A DNA stretch of 62,918 nt, filler included, from Octopus bimaculoides (Eukaryota): NCBI RefSeq assembly GCF_001194135.2. It is 9 parts of 7 records of this genome, joined end to end, with 100 filler letters (N's around TTAATTAATTAA, not from the genome) between each part and the next. Parts side by side here need not be neighbours in the genome. Positions count along the whole stretch, not along the records: positions 1 to 19,704 come from NC_068986.1; positions 19,805 to 28,427 come from NC_068985.1; 7 more parts are not named here. One strand, 5' to 3'. The notes beneath the pieces were generated by a model. That model did not search any database and had not been told where the DNA came from. It was given only the letters and a program-made list of their open reading frames with translations. Position 1 is the stretch's first letter; each line of letters opens with the position of its first letter. Both the position numbers and the translations under genes were made by a program. Below are positions 12,441 to 25,699 of this stretch, one piece after another.

Positions 12441-12690
12441 CTAGCAGAGATACCAGGTGTTACCTGTGTCACATGGAATTGAAGAATTAAACTTTTCTTT
12501 TATATTTTCTCTAATGAACTGCAATACCAATGATTCGAATTTCATCAAAATTGGAGATTAAGAATTTTAATGAGGGTTCTTTCAGTCTTAACACACCCTA
12601 ACAAAAATTCTGATCATGACATATTTATCCCATAGTACTCATCTTTATGCCCAGATTCCAAAATCCAAATCTTATAAAACCTATTCAAAG
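12441..12690 (-). mobile_element. Non-autonomous Helitron 3' end in an AMFR intron
   Basis: Minus strand ends ...caggtaacacctggtatctctgCTAG|T: a short hairpin just upstream of CTAG, followed by T. Upstream boundary uncertain. Confidence 0.5.
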
Positions 12691-12909
12691 GTTTTTGCTC
12701 CTGAAAGCAGATTTTCTGTGGTGAGATTGCTCTTTCTATCACCAACCCTCACCTGTTTCCAAGCAAGGTAGTATTTCACCTTGGCCAGACATCTCGCAGA
12801 ATAATGGAAATGAATGGCACTGTATGACAGAGACAATCATTTACAACTATCACAAGATGCCAAGGCACAGAAACACAAACACTCTCATGCATACACACAC
12901 ACACACACA

Positions 12910-12951
<42 letters not shown>

Positions 12952-13304
12952 AGTAAAAATAAATACAAAAAAGGTGGGTTTTTTTGTATGATTGTGTATA
13001 GAGGAATATATTATTTTGTTTAAAAGAGTTCCAACACTGTCTGTTTTTTATGTTTTATTTATATTCCTGCAGAACCAATGTGGGGTATAGAATATGGAAT
13101 ATATAATATATAATATAATATACAATATATAATATAAAATAAAATAAAATAAAAATGGATGGCACCATGAAATAAAGTATTGAATGTAGATGAAATATTG
13201 AGTGTTCAATATAAAGGATCAAATATATAAATATAAATATATAAAGGTGACTCGAGTTTCAGGGCTATTTCCCTTCGTCATGGCCGGTATGAGACTTTAA
13301 CAGA

Positions 13305-13353
<49 letters not shown>

Positions 13354-14134
13354 TGCACAAAAATACAACAGGCTTCTTTCAGTTTCTGCCTACTACTCAT
13401 AAGGCTTTGGTTGGCCCAAGGTGCTATGCAGTGGAACTGAACCTCCAGAACCATGTGGTTGGGAAGCAAACTTTTTACCACAGTCACACTTGTATCTATC
13501 TAAATTGTAGTTAATTTTTCTACAATTAAACTTGCAAAAATAGTTAATCTATAAATTAACCATTTTCTGTAGGAAATAACTGTACAGTTATGATAAAAAT
13601 AAAAAGCTAGATGACAAGCAGGATAATCTATCATGTGATTTTTAACATCTGTTAACAGTTTTAAAAAACTTCATAGAGGGAAGTATAAATTACCATAACA
13701 ATGAAAAAATTAAATATTTTGTATTAAATTATATTGCAAATCGAAACAAATGAACTGAAGCCTAACTCAATAGATCAACAAATATAATGTTTCTTATTTA
13801 CAAATAGTTTGATGATGATAGTGTATGAAAAAAAAAAAAGCTACATGATGGGGTGACTACTAGGAAGTCTGAGCCATTAAAGAAACCCCCTAAAATACTC
13901 AATAATGTGTTCAATGTGGGACTACATATTTTTATCAATTTTATTTTTTGTCAGAGTCCTCAGAAGTAGGTAAGTGGGGAGAGTGGTGAAACCTGTGACT
14001 CCTATACATCAAGACATCAAATTATCCTCAAACCTGGTTCAAATACTTGCATAGAAATGGATTCTACTAATGCACCCACCAGAGGCCATGAGATGGTGTT
14101 AAACTGAGCAACATATTCTAATCTTAAATCATAT

Positions 14135-14455
14135 GAAGGCACGTGGCTTAGTGGTAAAGGTATTTGGCTCATGATTATAAAGTTACAAGTTCGATTCCTG
14201 GTAGTCCATGAGCAAGATACTTTATTTTTTTATGTTGCCCCAGTCCACTCAGCTAGCAAAGATGAGTTGTGTCTGTAATTCTAAGGGCCAGCCCTGACAC
14301 ATTCTGTGTCATGCTGAATCTCTCTGAGATCTACATTAATGGTGCGTGCATTTGTGGAGTGCTCAGCCACTTGCATGTTAATTTCACAAGCAAGCTGTTT
14401 TATTGAGTGGATCAACTGGAACCCTCGTCACCATGACTGATGGGAATACCAGTCA
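14135..14455 (+). mobile_element. tRNA-derived SINE family D, CpG-decayed copy
   Basis: gaaggcacgtggcttagtggtaaagg head, and a body matching 31370-31535 with many CG-to-TG/CA changes. Confidence 0.7.
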
Positions 14456-14907
14456 TGATTAATATACACAAAATAAAAACACAGATTGATTTGCATTTAA
14501 GCATTCAGCTGATTATGCTAGAGGGCATCTCAGAGCTGATAGAGGCTATATTTAGCAAATAGAGCCAGTTTAATATAGTACAGAGTATAGTATTGAATAG
14601 AATAAATTTAGAAATCTCATGACATGAGAAGTATGAAATAAAAATATTGTAGAAAATCATAACAAGAGCAAAACTTGAGAAGATTCCCAAAGTTATATTG
14701 TGTAAAAGAGAGGGATAAAAGGGTGAAGTGGAAGAGTGGATAAGAAGGTGTTGGAGGAAAGAAACAAGAATAATTCTTGATTTATTTTTCAAAAATTATA
14801 TGATTTGCTTTAGAAAAGGAAAATAATTCAAAAGCCTTTTTTTTTTTTTTTTACATTCAACAGTTATGAAAATGTGAAGCGGGGAATAAAAAAAGCAGAA
14901 ATCTTAC

Positions 14908-15040
14908 CAGCATGTGAAAATGGTGTGCAAATTCAACAATAAGAGCAGCTAACTGAAATATTAGCTCTGAATAGTAGACATAGAGAGATCGCTTTTCCCA
15001 GATTCCATCCATGTTCAAGTCCCACAAATGAATGGCATAG
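14908..15040 (-). CDS. AMFR: AMFR/gp78 exon, most 5' exon found (TM region)
   Basis: ttttgtag|C TAT GCC ... ATG CTG|gtaaga. 133 nt, encodes YAIHLWDLNMDGIWEKRSLYVYYSELIFQLAALIVEFAHHFHML, which resembles vertebrate gp78 YVIHLWDLNHEGTWEGKGTYVYY...HHIHML. Confidence 0.93.
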
Positions 15041-15144
15041 CTACAAAAAAAATAATAAACAAAATTGATTAAATCAACAATAAGATGGTAGTAATAGTAG
15101 TAGTGGTGGTGGTGGTGGTGGTGATTATCATCATTATTATCAAA

Positions 15145-15335
15145 GGTGGTGAGCTGGCAGAATCGTTAACACTCAGGGAAAACGCTTAGTGGCATTTCTT
15201 CCATCTTCATGTTCTTCAGTTCAAATTCATCCTCTTGGGGTCAATAAAAAGAGTACCACTCGATCACTGGGGAAGGGGGGGGGGTCGATGTAATCAACTC
15301 TCCTCCCCACCATAATTTCAGGCCTTGTGCCTATA
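15145..15335 (+). mobile_element. SINE family B
   Basis: aaaggtggtgagctggcagaatcgttaac...ggggtcaataaaaagagtacc...ggccttgtgcc. Confidence 0.65.
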
Positions 15336-18300
15336 TAGTAGGATGGACTGTTATTATTATAATCATTATTATTAAATGACATGTTTTAAAATTTTACATA
15401 TGAAAAGAGAGGTCTTTCAAATGTTTGAATTTGTTAAAGGAAGTGACAGGAAGGTCAATAACCTCATTTAGTAAAGTACTCAGAATTCAAATAGATACAA
15501 TATAATTTCTTATACAGATTAATTAACTAGGTTCCCCACAACTAGTAAATTTCGATTGTACACATATAAAGATAAAGTGGAGGCATGTAGCTTAGTGATC
15601 AGGGTATTAGACTCATGATCATAAGATTGTGGTTTCGATTCCTGGACTGGGTGACACATTGTTCTTGAGTAAAACATTTCATTTCATGTTGCCCCAGTCC
15701 ACACAGCATAATCATGTGACAGACTGGCGTCCCGTCCACGTGGGGAACCTATACACCAATGAAACTGGGAAACTGGTCCTTAGGAGCCAGGCATGGCTGG
15801 AGAAGAAACAAACAACAACAGTGGTTAGGGTGTTACACGCACAACCACAAGATTATGGTTTCAATTCTCAGACTGTTGGTACGTTGTGTTCTTGAATAAA
15901 GCACTTCGTTTCACATTGCTTCAATTTATTCAGTTTTAAATGAATAACTGCGGAGTGGTTGGCATTAGGAAGGGCATCCAGCTGTAAAAACCATGCCAAA
16001 ACAGACAACGATGCATGGTGCGGTCTTCTGCCTAGCCAGCTCCTGTCAAACCGTCCAACCCATGCCAGCATGGAAAGCAGACGTTAGATGATGATAATGA
16101 TGATGACGAACTCTGCAATCGACTGGCATTTTGTTCAGAGGTGTGTTGTGATCCTGGTCACTTATATGCCATTGAAACCAGGTGACCAGCTCTACGAGTC
16201 CAAGGACTTGAGACAATAATGTCCAGGGTTGATGATGCTGATGATGTAATTAACTACTTCTTCCTTAAAAGTCTGTATTCATGTGCAAATGTAAGAAGCC
16301 ATAATTAACAACATGTATAACTTTATGGAATGGTCAACATGACAGACTTCCCGCAGACCAAACACTTTGTCCGATTCAGTGCAGGCATAGCTTAGAGCAA
16401 GCATGATAGAATAGCAAAGAAATTCACTTCATAACCACAGGGTTTTGGGGTTCTAACCCACTGTGTGGCACCTTGAGAATGTATCTTTTGTTATAGCTTG
16501 GTAAGTTTGTAAATGGAAACTGTTCAGAATTCAGTTGTATACATATGTGTGTATGTGTGTGTGTGCTTTCTTTCTGCATGTCATTGCATTGACACCATTT
16601 CTGCAACAATGTCATGTATATGTGTCCTGGAAACAACATGTGCAGTAGCTGCCTCAATAATAAACCTTGTCCAATCCATTGCCAGCATGAAAAAGCAGAC
16701 ATAATGATGACGACGAGGATGATGAAGAAGAGGAGGAGGAGAAGAAGTGACAGAAAAGAGAGAGAATGAACAGGTGTGTGTAAGTGTATTCATGAGCAGT
16801 GCACGTGTGTGTGTGTGTGTGTGCATGCAAGCACACATAGATGCATATCAATTAAGATACATTAAAATGTCATTAGTTGCTATTTACATGAAATTGCACT
16901 TCAAGTTAATAGCATGATGGATATCATTGGCAAAAGAGTGAGTTATCAGGATAGCTATCAGTCATATCACCACCCAATCACAATGCACTATGTGTACATA
17001 ATTAACATGTCTGTCATTAGCTTGAAGTACTGGTTTTATGACTTCCCAAGAACCTTGAGTAGACAATAGATAATTACTATTATCTCATCAACGGGATCAC
17101 CAAAAGTTCAATTTTGAAAACCACAACGTTTCAATTGCGAAAAGTATCTAACAAGAAAAACTATCCTTATTATTGCATGCCCCACTAGAATTGTGACACA
17201 GTTTCAATTCCCACTCAAGCCACTAACTATATTTTTGAAGAAAGCATGAATGTCACATCCTCTGTCACCAACTTTTTAAAATTCATTATTGGATTCTTCT
17301 GATGACAATTCGTCAAACAGAAAAAAAGGATCCTAACTACGACAATACTGTCTTTCATTTTTCTTTTTTTTCAGGCAGTGAACAACAATATCCAATGTAT
17401 CCTTCTTTTTTAAAACTGTAGGGGTGTTATTGCAAGGAGATTTCACTGTTATTTCTACTTGGTTGAACAACCACATAACAGAATACTTCACTGGCTTCTA
17501 GCTTGTGTGTAAAATGAATATATAAATAACAATACATTCATTGATGCAGTTCTTGAAGAACTATTTCAATTATCACAATAATACTATATTTAGTGAATTT
17601 TTTTTTTTTTTACATTGGTTCATATCTATTTTTTATGCTTGGATGAACAGGTGAGATGGCATTTAGGAAATCAAGGCACTTTGAAAATTCCTGAAGAAAT
17701 TTATTTTACATATAATCAAAAGTGAAGGGCTGAACCCCTCCAAGTCAGATGGAGACCAGCAGTTGTGTGCCATGCTCAAGGACCCAATACAAAAGCTAGA
17801 ATATTAAATTTTGAACTTATGGCTAAGTGACTCAAAAGCTTGTGCTCAGTGAGTTTCTTAAAATTGACGAAAACTTAAACTAGACATTTAAAATAGCATT
17901 TTACAAATTAAAGGTTAAACTCTATAAACCAGCTGACAAACTTGAATTTTTCACATTTAATTAACTGATTAATTAAAATATGATAGAAACTAATCAACAT
18001 GAGAGAGTGAGAGGGAGAGAGGGAGAGAGAGAGAGAGAGAGAATTACTGTATTTGCCAGCATATAACACTCCTATTTTAAAAGTGTAAAAAGAAATTCAA
18101 TATTTTAAAGTAGTTTTGTAGAAGAAAAGATATGGTTCTGTGCATGTAAATAAAATGTCATGATTTACTGGATTGAAGTATGAAGTATATCCTAAATATA
18201 TATTGAAGTATATCCTAAATAAACTGCATAATGGGAATATATGTCTATATTTTGCTTATGAAAATTGCCATACAGGATGTAAAACTTGTATCCTCTGGCT

Positions 18301-18714
18301 GTCACAATCTCAAATAACCATAATTACTTATCAGGTTAGCATGCTGTCACTATAGTTTAATGTCATATACTAAATACAAATAGCTGATAGGCAGATGAAA
18401 ATTTAACATTTCTTTGATCTTTTAAGAAGAATTTTTTTTTATCTAGAAAATAAACAAATGTTTCTTGAAGCATTTAAACTGACCAAACCCTGAGATAATA
18501 AACATTACATTTGACCAAGTAACCTAAATGCTGAAGAATTAAAAGTAAAAGAGTCATTAACTAATGTAAGACATATCTTAGGTGTGGTTTATGCATGCTG
18601 GTATAATGAAATGATGTGACCTCCCCCATGTACTGTAAGCAGTTTTTAGTAAGTCTGTGCTGACAGTCTGTGATAATTTGGCTTGCTTCCAATATTTTAA
18701 TATTAGTATAAGGT

Positions 18715-18930
18715 AGCAAGCTGGCAGAATTGTTAGCATGCTGGACAAAATGCTTAGTGGCATTTCATCCATCTTTACATTCTGAGTTCAAATTCCACCA
18801 GGGTAAACTTTGACTTTTGTCCCACTTAGGGTTGATAAAATAAGTACCAGTTGAGCAATGGCATTGATGTATTCGACTTGCTCTCTTCCTCTGAAATTGC
18901 TGGCCTTGTGCTAAAATTTGAAATCAATAT
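18715..18930 (+). mobile_element. SINE family B
   Basis: aaggtagcaagctggcagaattgttagc...ctgagttcaaattccacc...gttgataaaataagtaccagttg...ggccttgtgctaaaatttgaa. Confidence 0.7.
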
Positions 18931-19456
18931 TTTACTATTAGTAACCATTACTGTATCTAGTGGGCTTATGCTTGGCTGACTTCCTAGTCTATGGTACAGA
19001 GTCTCTCATCCAAAATACTGCCGAATTAGACACAGAGCAATTTTTGGATACTTTTAAAAATTAAAAAAGAGCATGCAACGTTAAAAGCATCCAGTACACA
19101 TTGTAAAGTGGATGGCATTAGGAAGGGCATGCAGCTATAGAAACTAAGGCAAATCAGACTGGAACCTGGTGCAGCTCTCCAGCTTGCCAGCCAGCTCTAT
19201 TTAAGGCCATCCAATCCATGCCTGCATGGAAAAACAGACATTAAAGGATGATGTATCTTATAGGCCAGTAAATAAGGTAATTGATATCAGAATATTTTAC
19301 GGCTTCTTCAAGGAATGAAGAGCACTTTCCAAGATCCTTTATATATTTTCAGGACCTCCTGAGATTAATGGGGGAGAAGTTATCCTCAAACCAGAGACCT
19401 GGTCGAAATGCTTGCTAAAGAGTGATCCCTATTATTAAAAACCATCTAACATATAT

Positions 19457-19704
19457 CATCATCATCATCATCATCATCGTTTAACGTCCGCTTTCCATGC
19501 TAGCATGGATTGGACGATTTGACTGAGGACTGGTGAAACCGGATGGCAACACCAGGCTCCAATCCAATTTGGCAGAGTTTCTACAGCTGGATGCCCTTCC
19601 TAACGCCAACCACTCAGAGAGTGTAGTGGGTGCTTTTACGTGTCACCCGCACGAAAACGGCCACGCTCGAAATGGTGTCTTTTATGTGCCACCTGCACAA
19701 GCCA
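19457..19704 (-). mobile_element. SINE family C, young copy truncated by a gap
   Basis: Reverse complement closely matches 8620-8880. Confidence 0.75.
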
Positions 19705-20249
19705 NNNNNNNNNNNNNNNNNNNNNNNNNNNNNNNNNNNNNNNNNNNNTTAATTAATTAANNNNNNNNNNNNNNNNNNNNNNNNNNNNNNNNNNNNNNNN
19801 NNNNTATATATATATATATATATATATATCCGACGGGCTTCTTTCAGTTTCTGTCTACCACCACCACTGACAAGGCTTTGGTCGGGTCGAGGCTATAGTA
19901 GAAGACACTTGCCCAAGGTGAAAGGCAGTGGGACTGAACGCGAAACCATGTGGTTGGGAATGAAGCCTCTTACCACGCTTACGTTCATATAGAGAGGGAA
20001 TGGGAGAGTTGTATTTATAAATGTATGAACTTGCATAATACATTCATATGTGTGTTATACTCTTCCCTTTTCTAATGTCTTTCTTCCCTTTTGTATTAAA
20101 CTTCTAATAGCATAGAATCTCCTACACAGTAGTCTTGACTGCTGTGCCTAGCTTAGCTTTGAGTATAGTTATTTATGTAGCCATCAGCCTATATAGGTCT
20201 CTCATTTTCCGTCTACAATTTATGATATACATGCCCTTGACAATTTCTT

Positions 20250-21100
20250 AGTTTAGCAAAGTTTCCTTCATCATCCTCTTCAATTTCTTCGCCTTCACGA
20301 AATCGGACAATTATCAGATCCGTCACCATTATTTTCTTTCTCGATTTATTTCTCCTCCAACTCCATTTCATTTTTATGATAAGGATTGCTAACGAAGATG
20401 AGGTTGCTGCCGCTGATAAAGTTGATAGAGTTGGTGGTATTTACTCCTTTATTCGAGTTAGAAATGATATAATATATATATATATATATATATAAACATA
20501 GGGCGGGACTTACAAATTTGTGTAGGGAGGAAGTCATATATTTATAAAAATGAAGTGGCATCTATAATAAAACGGGCAAATTGATACGGATGAAAATATA
20601 TGTAAATTGTGACGATAAATCCTTAAATAATGAAGGTAGATGTAGAAGAAAACCAAACTTGAATATAACGTAACGCATTGAGGTGAGGTCCACATACGGT
20701 GGAGAAATCTAATAGCTCGATAGTTCTACTTCCGTGCCATTGCTCATACTAGAGTATCGTGCAACTAAGTTAATTCATTGACATTTTAGAGTTAGTTGAG
20801 TAGATAACACACTAGGTCTTCTAGATACGACTTGCTCATTTCATTGTAATTCTTTTATGTTCTGTTACCAATAACCTCTCATTATCCAAATCAAAGTGTA
20901 ATGGCATTTGTTCCGCATAGGTTGGTGGGGTGTAAAAGGTTTTGTGATGTATTCATAATTAAAAATATTTATAGTTGATTTGTTTCAATGACTTGGCAAG
21001 CGTAATGAGTGAAAACCTTTTGGTAGCGAAGGCGCTTTTTTTATTGATTAGCCAGATGCAGTTGCATATTTATAAGGTATTCTATGACGTTAATGTTTTG
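20250..21100. promoter_or_regulatory. Candidate CpG-retaining promoter region
   Basis: CpG count rises sharply relative to 1-20 kb. GC box GGGCGGGAC at 20501 and ETS-like ACTTCCG at 20728. Confidence 0.35.
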
Positions 21101-22321
21101 TTTCATGTATATCGCTTGTCATGTCAGCAATATAACGTAAAATCAAATTTACCATTATATTATATAAAAGAACAAGCAAAGCAAATTTGAGAAAACTTGA
21201 ATCAGCTATCTAAAATTTTGTGTGAATTTATCACACACAAGTAGATAACCTACGTAAAATGAAAATACGGAGTAGAGTTACTAGTCATTCGATTCTAAAA
21301 CAGAACATTACAAAATTGTAATCCTCCATTTAAGCCAATAAATATTAATATTGTGCACGAATATAAATAGTATGGAGCTGGCACTAAAAAATATATTACA
21401 TGCTAAACACAGAATTATGTAGTTCTATACTAAATAATGACAGAATTATGTATTATATATATACAATCAGTATATTTCATATGATTTTTATAGCTGTTTT
21501 AGTCAAAATACAACATATGAAAGCTTTCACAATGTATGCTTTGTACTGCTGTATACTTTTATATAAGTCATCTATTAATGCTCCTTGATGCAATCTATTT
21601 GCACATTGCATAAATCTATTATTCATGAGAATATTTATTTTTAAAATAGAAAGAAGCAAAGAGTTGTATATATAATCCATTATTACTAAATAATGTAATA
21701 CAAAATACGTATTGAGAATAAAGTAAGCCATTGAATTCCATTTATAAAAGGATCAGGTCGTCATATAATTGACAGAATTTGATTCATAGAAAGCGCATGT
21801 ATATATACATATATNNNNNNNNNNNNNNNNNNNNNNNNNNNNNNNNNNNNNNNNNNNNNNNNNNNNNNNNNNNNNNNNNNNNNNNNNNNNNNNNNNNNNN
21901 NNNNNNNNNNNNNNNNNNNNNNNNNNNNNNNNNNNNNNNNNNNNNNNNNNNNNNNNNNNNNNNNNNNNNNNNNNNNNNNNNNNNNNNNNNNNNNNNNNNN
22001 NNNNNNNNNNNNNNNNNNNNNNNNNNNNNNNNNNNNNNNNNNNNNNNNNNNNNNNNNNNNNNNNNNNNNNNNNNNNNNNNNNNNNNNNNNNNNNNNNNNN
22101 NNNNNNNNNNNNNNNNNNNNNNNNNNNNNNNNNNNNNNNNNNNNNNNNNNNNNNNNNNNNNNNNNNNNNNNNNNNNNNNNNNNNNNNNNNNNNNNNNNNN
22201 NNNNNNNNNNNNNNNNNNNNNNNNNNTATATATATATATATATATATATATACGTACACATACATACACGCACATATATATAAACACGTACGTATATACA
22301 TGCATACATACGTACGTAGGT

Positions 22322-22355
<34 letters not shown>

Positions 22356-23211
22356 GAATATACTTGCGTGTGCGTTTGCGTGGACTCGTCTGTGGAAGCT
22401 GTGAAGGGTTTCGCTTTTCAAAGTATGAGCTCTCAGATTGTTTCATTGCTCAGAAAGTTGTATTAGGAATTTCTGCAATATCTTCGTGTTTTGTGAGCAT
22501 TATGGTTACCCACTTATGTGGAAGTCACATGCGTTCTCATACATACATACACAGATGCAAACACACACAACACATACATACATGTATACGCGTGCACACA
22601 CACACACAGTGAATATGCAAATGCCTACATAGGAAAAGTCCACAAGATTATTGCTCGAACAGTAAAAATCATTATATCCAATATTTAACGAAACTAATGT
22701 ACTCCAAAGCAGATGAATGAACTAGAAGAACAGGATTATGTGTAAGTAAATAAAATGAACAACCATAAATTTATAGAAGATATATACATACATATATATA
22801 TATAACGTGTTACATCCTCATAGTTGTTTTGACATATCCGTGTCTTGAATTTACGATTATGCATATTATGCAATTACGTTTGTGTTGTACGATAATAGTG
22901 CGCAAAATCACACAAGCAAATATAATATTAATAAATATGAACAATGAGCCGCAAACTTCTTCATGCATCAAACACAGAACGTCATACTATGAATATAATA
23001 TTCGCTTACGTTAGCAGACAAAGTGGGAATATGATGTGTTTTACACCATCCTCGATACGAATTACTTCAGATGGTTATATTATCGCTTTGAACAGCGAAT
23101 CTGAATTTAAAATTTATACATTTGTTAGATATGGCTATGCTTTCATGAATTTATGTGGTAATGAACATGTCTGTATGTGTGTATATATATATATATGTGT
23201 GTATATATATA

Positions 23212-23242
<31 letters not shown>

Positions 23243-25699
23243 CTCTGCATGCATCTTAGGTGGCAAGCTGGCACTATAGTTAGCACACCAGGTAAAATGC
23301 TTAGCAACATTTCATGTGTCTTTCTGTTCTAAGTTCAACGGTCGAACTTGTCTTACATGCTTCCTCGGTTGATAAAATAGGTACACATTGATTTGTAAGG
23401 TCGATGTTACCGACTAGCCTACCTTTCCAAAATTGCTGGCCTTGTATCAAAATTTGAAACCAATAAATATATATGTAGCATTAAATCCCTTTTCTTTAAA
23501 ACTCGTAAATTGTGTTATTGCTCACACATCATGTACTCCTTCCAGCTACATATATTTATCAGAGTACATTTTTGCCAAAATTTCGTGTTATAATATTGGT
23601 TTCAGTTTTTGGAACGAGATCAGTATTTTGGGGGAAGGGTGTGTATATATGTGATGTAGCAGTAATTCGGAACGGCAACGCTAAATATGCGCTAATACAG
23701 CACGCTCCAAACAAAATAGTTTCATGCGATCAGTCCATTAAGCCACTAATGAACGAGAAGCCAAAGCGTGATTTAATCTAGACTCTTCTTCTGGTACCCT
23801 ATAAAAAGACGTTTTGTCGCCAAGATCTTTCCAAAATTTTGAAGGCGGCTGAGCAATATGTCTCATATCTTGCCACAACAGATTACACAGGTAGATGCTC
23901 CAGGAATACAGACCACCCAGACGGCCTAGGACAAATAACCAAGAACCTCCAGCACCACCAATATAGCGCAATTGATTTCAGCTGCGTTCGGAAAACCGCA
24001 TATTTTCGTACTAGTAGCTTACTGTTGTCTCACAGCAGCATGTCTATCCTAGTCAGTAACTATTGCCGATAAAGTTTCGCAGCTGCTGTTCAGTTATTTT
24101 TTCACGCAACCAAGAAGCATATTTTCATTTACTATGGCACTGCATACAACCAACACCCACGGCAACATTGGTGATATAGCCAAATGACACCCGTCACATT
24201 GATGTCACCCGACATACATTTTCAACAAGAGAACCATCAGCAACTCTCAACTCAAAACAAGTCAAATAAGATCATGAAATTGGACAACCGATATTAATCT
24301 TCTCGAAATTTGATGACATTCGACACAAAATAAACCAGCAAAATCCGTTAAAACAACGCGTGAATATCAGAAAGGGCAATAGAACAACGAATTGCAACCA
24401 AATATTCTATGCACAAATATTTCGCAGAAACGTCTCTCAAGAACGTTTTTCAGGAACTTTCTCTTTATTGTTCTGCACTTTTTACACCAATATAATGAAC
24501 TAGGAAGGAACTGCTGTAGCATTTATTCGAAACCGAGTCACTGGAAAGGCGGTCAGACAACACGAACAATCCATATTTGTTCCCCGTGATTGGTATATTA
24601 AGCAACCAATCACCGCGAAGTCATGGTGTGATTTAATATTCTGGTATCTTTTTGTACTTTAAAAAGACTGCTTTGGCACAAACTTTTTCACAGAATATTG
24701 TAGGCAGATGAGTGATACGTATTTCCATCTATGCTACAGTAAACGGACCAGACCGACGGCCCACGCAGGCGGCCTAGATCAGATGAAGAAGAATCTATGT
24801 TATCATTGATTTCAGGTATATTGAGCAAACTGTATGTTGCTGTACCGATAGCTTTCGGGAAACTCACAACAGTATCTCTCCAAGTTAGTAAATATTTTTG
24901 TTCTTAAATATTAATGACCAACACAGACAATGTGGGACAATGAATGCATCTGTTAAATGTTTATGGATGTTGTTCAGTTATTTCATCATTCAGTCAAGGA
25001 ACATATTTTCATTTACTAAGTCAACTACGGCACATCAGTATACATGCGCAAGCACAAAAGGTAAACAAATATAGCTCGTGCACTGACGAAGTGTGGAATT
25101 AAGGTGTTAAAATTATACTTCCGGAACAGTTTATGATACCAAATATCTATCAATCACCCTACTGAGTTTTGAATTCAGCATTCTCTATAGAAACTATTAG
25201 CTTAATTTTGTTTTCAAAATTCTTAAGATATCTCGGTTTGAAGCATACTAAGCAATGTTTTCCAACATTTTGTTTTTTTCAAAATTTCAATTTTCTTCAT
25301 TGTACCCATTTTCTATTACGGCTATATATAACCAGCCATACTATTTTCAATTTTTTATAACCTCTTAGAATTTCTTAGTAAAGTATAAATATATAACCAA
25401 CCATACCATTTTCATTTTTGTATAACATCATGCAATTTTTAGTAAAGAATGAATAGTCATATAAAGAAGTCGTACTCTGAAAATCAATTATTTCACGTAA
25501 GCCCTTTCTGGTTGTATGATTTACTTATAAGATTTAAAAGAAACTTATTGTCACACTGTTTTTAAATGTTTTGTCATTTAAAACCACAACTGTTTAACAA
25601 AAAAAAAAGAGAGGAGAGTAATGCCTATTAGACAACCTAGCATCAAATGTACCTATGTATGTATATTCTATGGGTATTGGCGTATCACTATATTCTACG

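Noticed and set aside
19749-19760. TTAATTAATTAA inside N runs (also at 28472, 34618, 40085, 50319, 52423, 57401 and 61450)
   Set aside because: The same 12-mer is centred in gaps and gives stops in all six frames, so it is most likely an assembly spacer rather than biology.
21252-21294. Apparent minus-strand micro-exon as the missing short AMFR exon
   Set aside because: The only similar frame contains TGA, and the donor phase does not match the exon at 15040.
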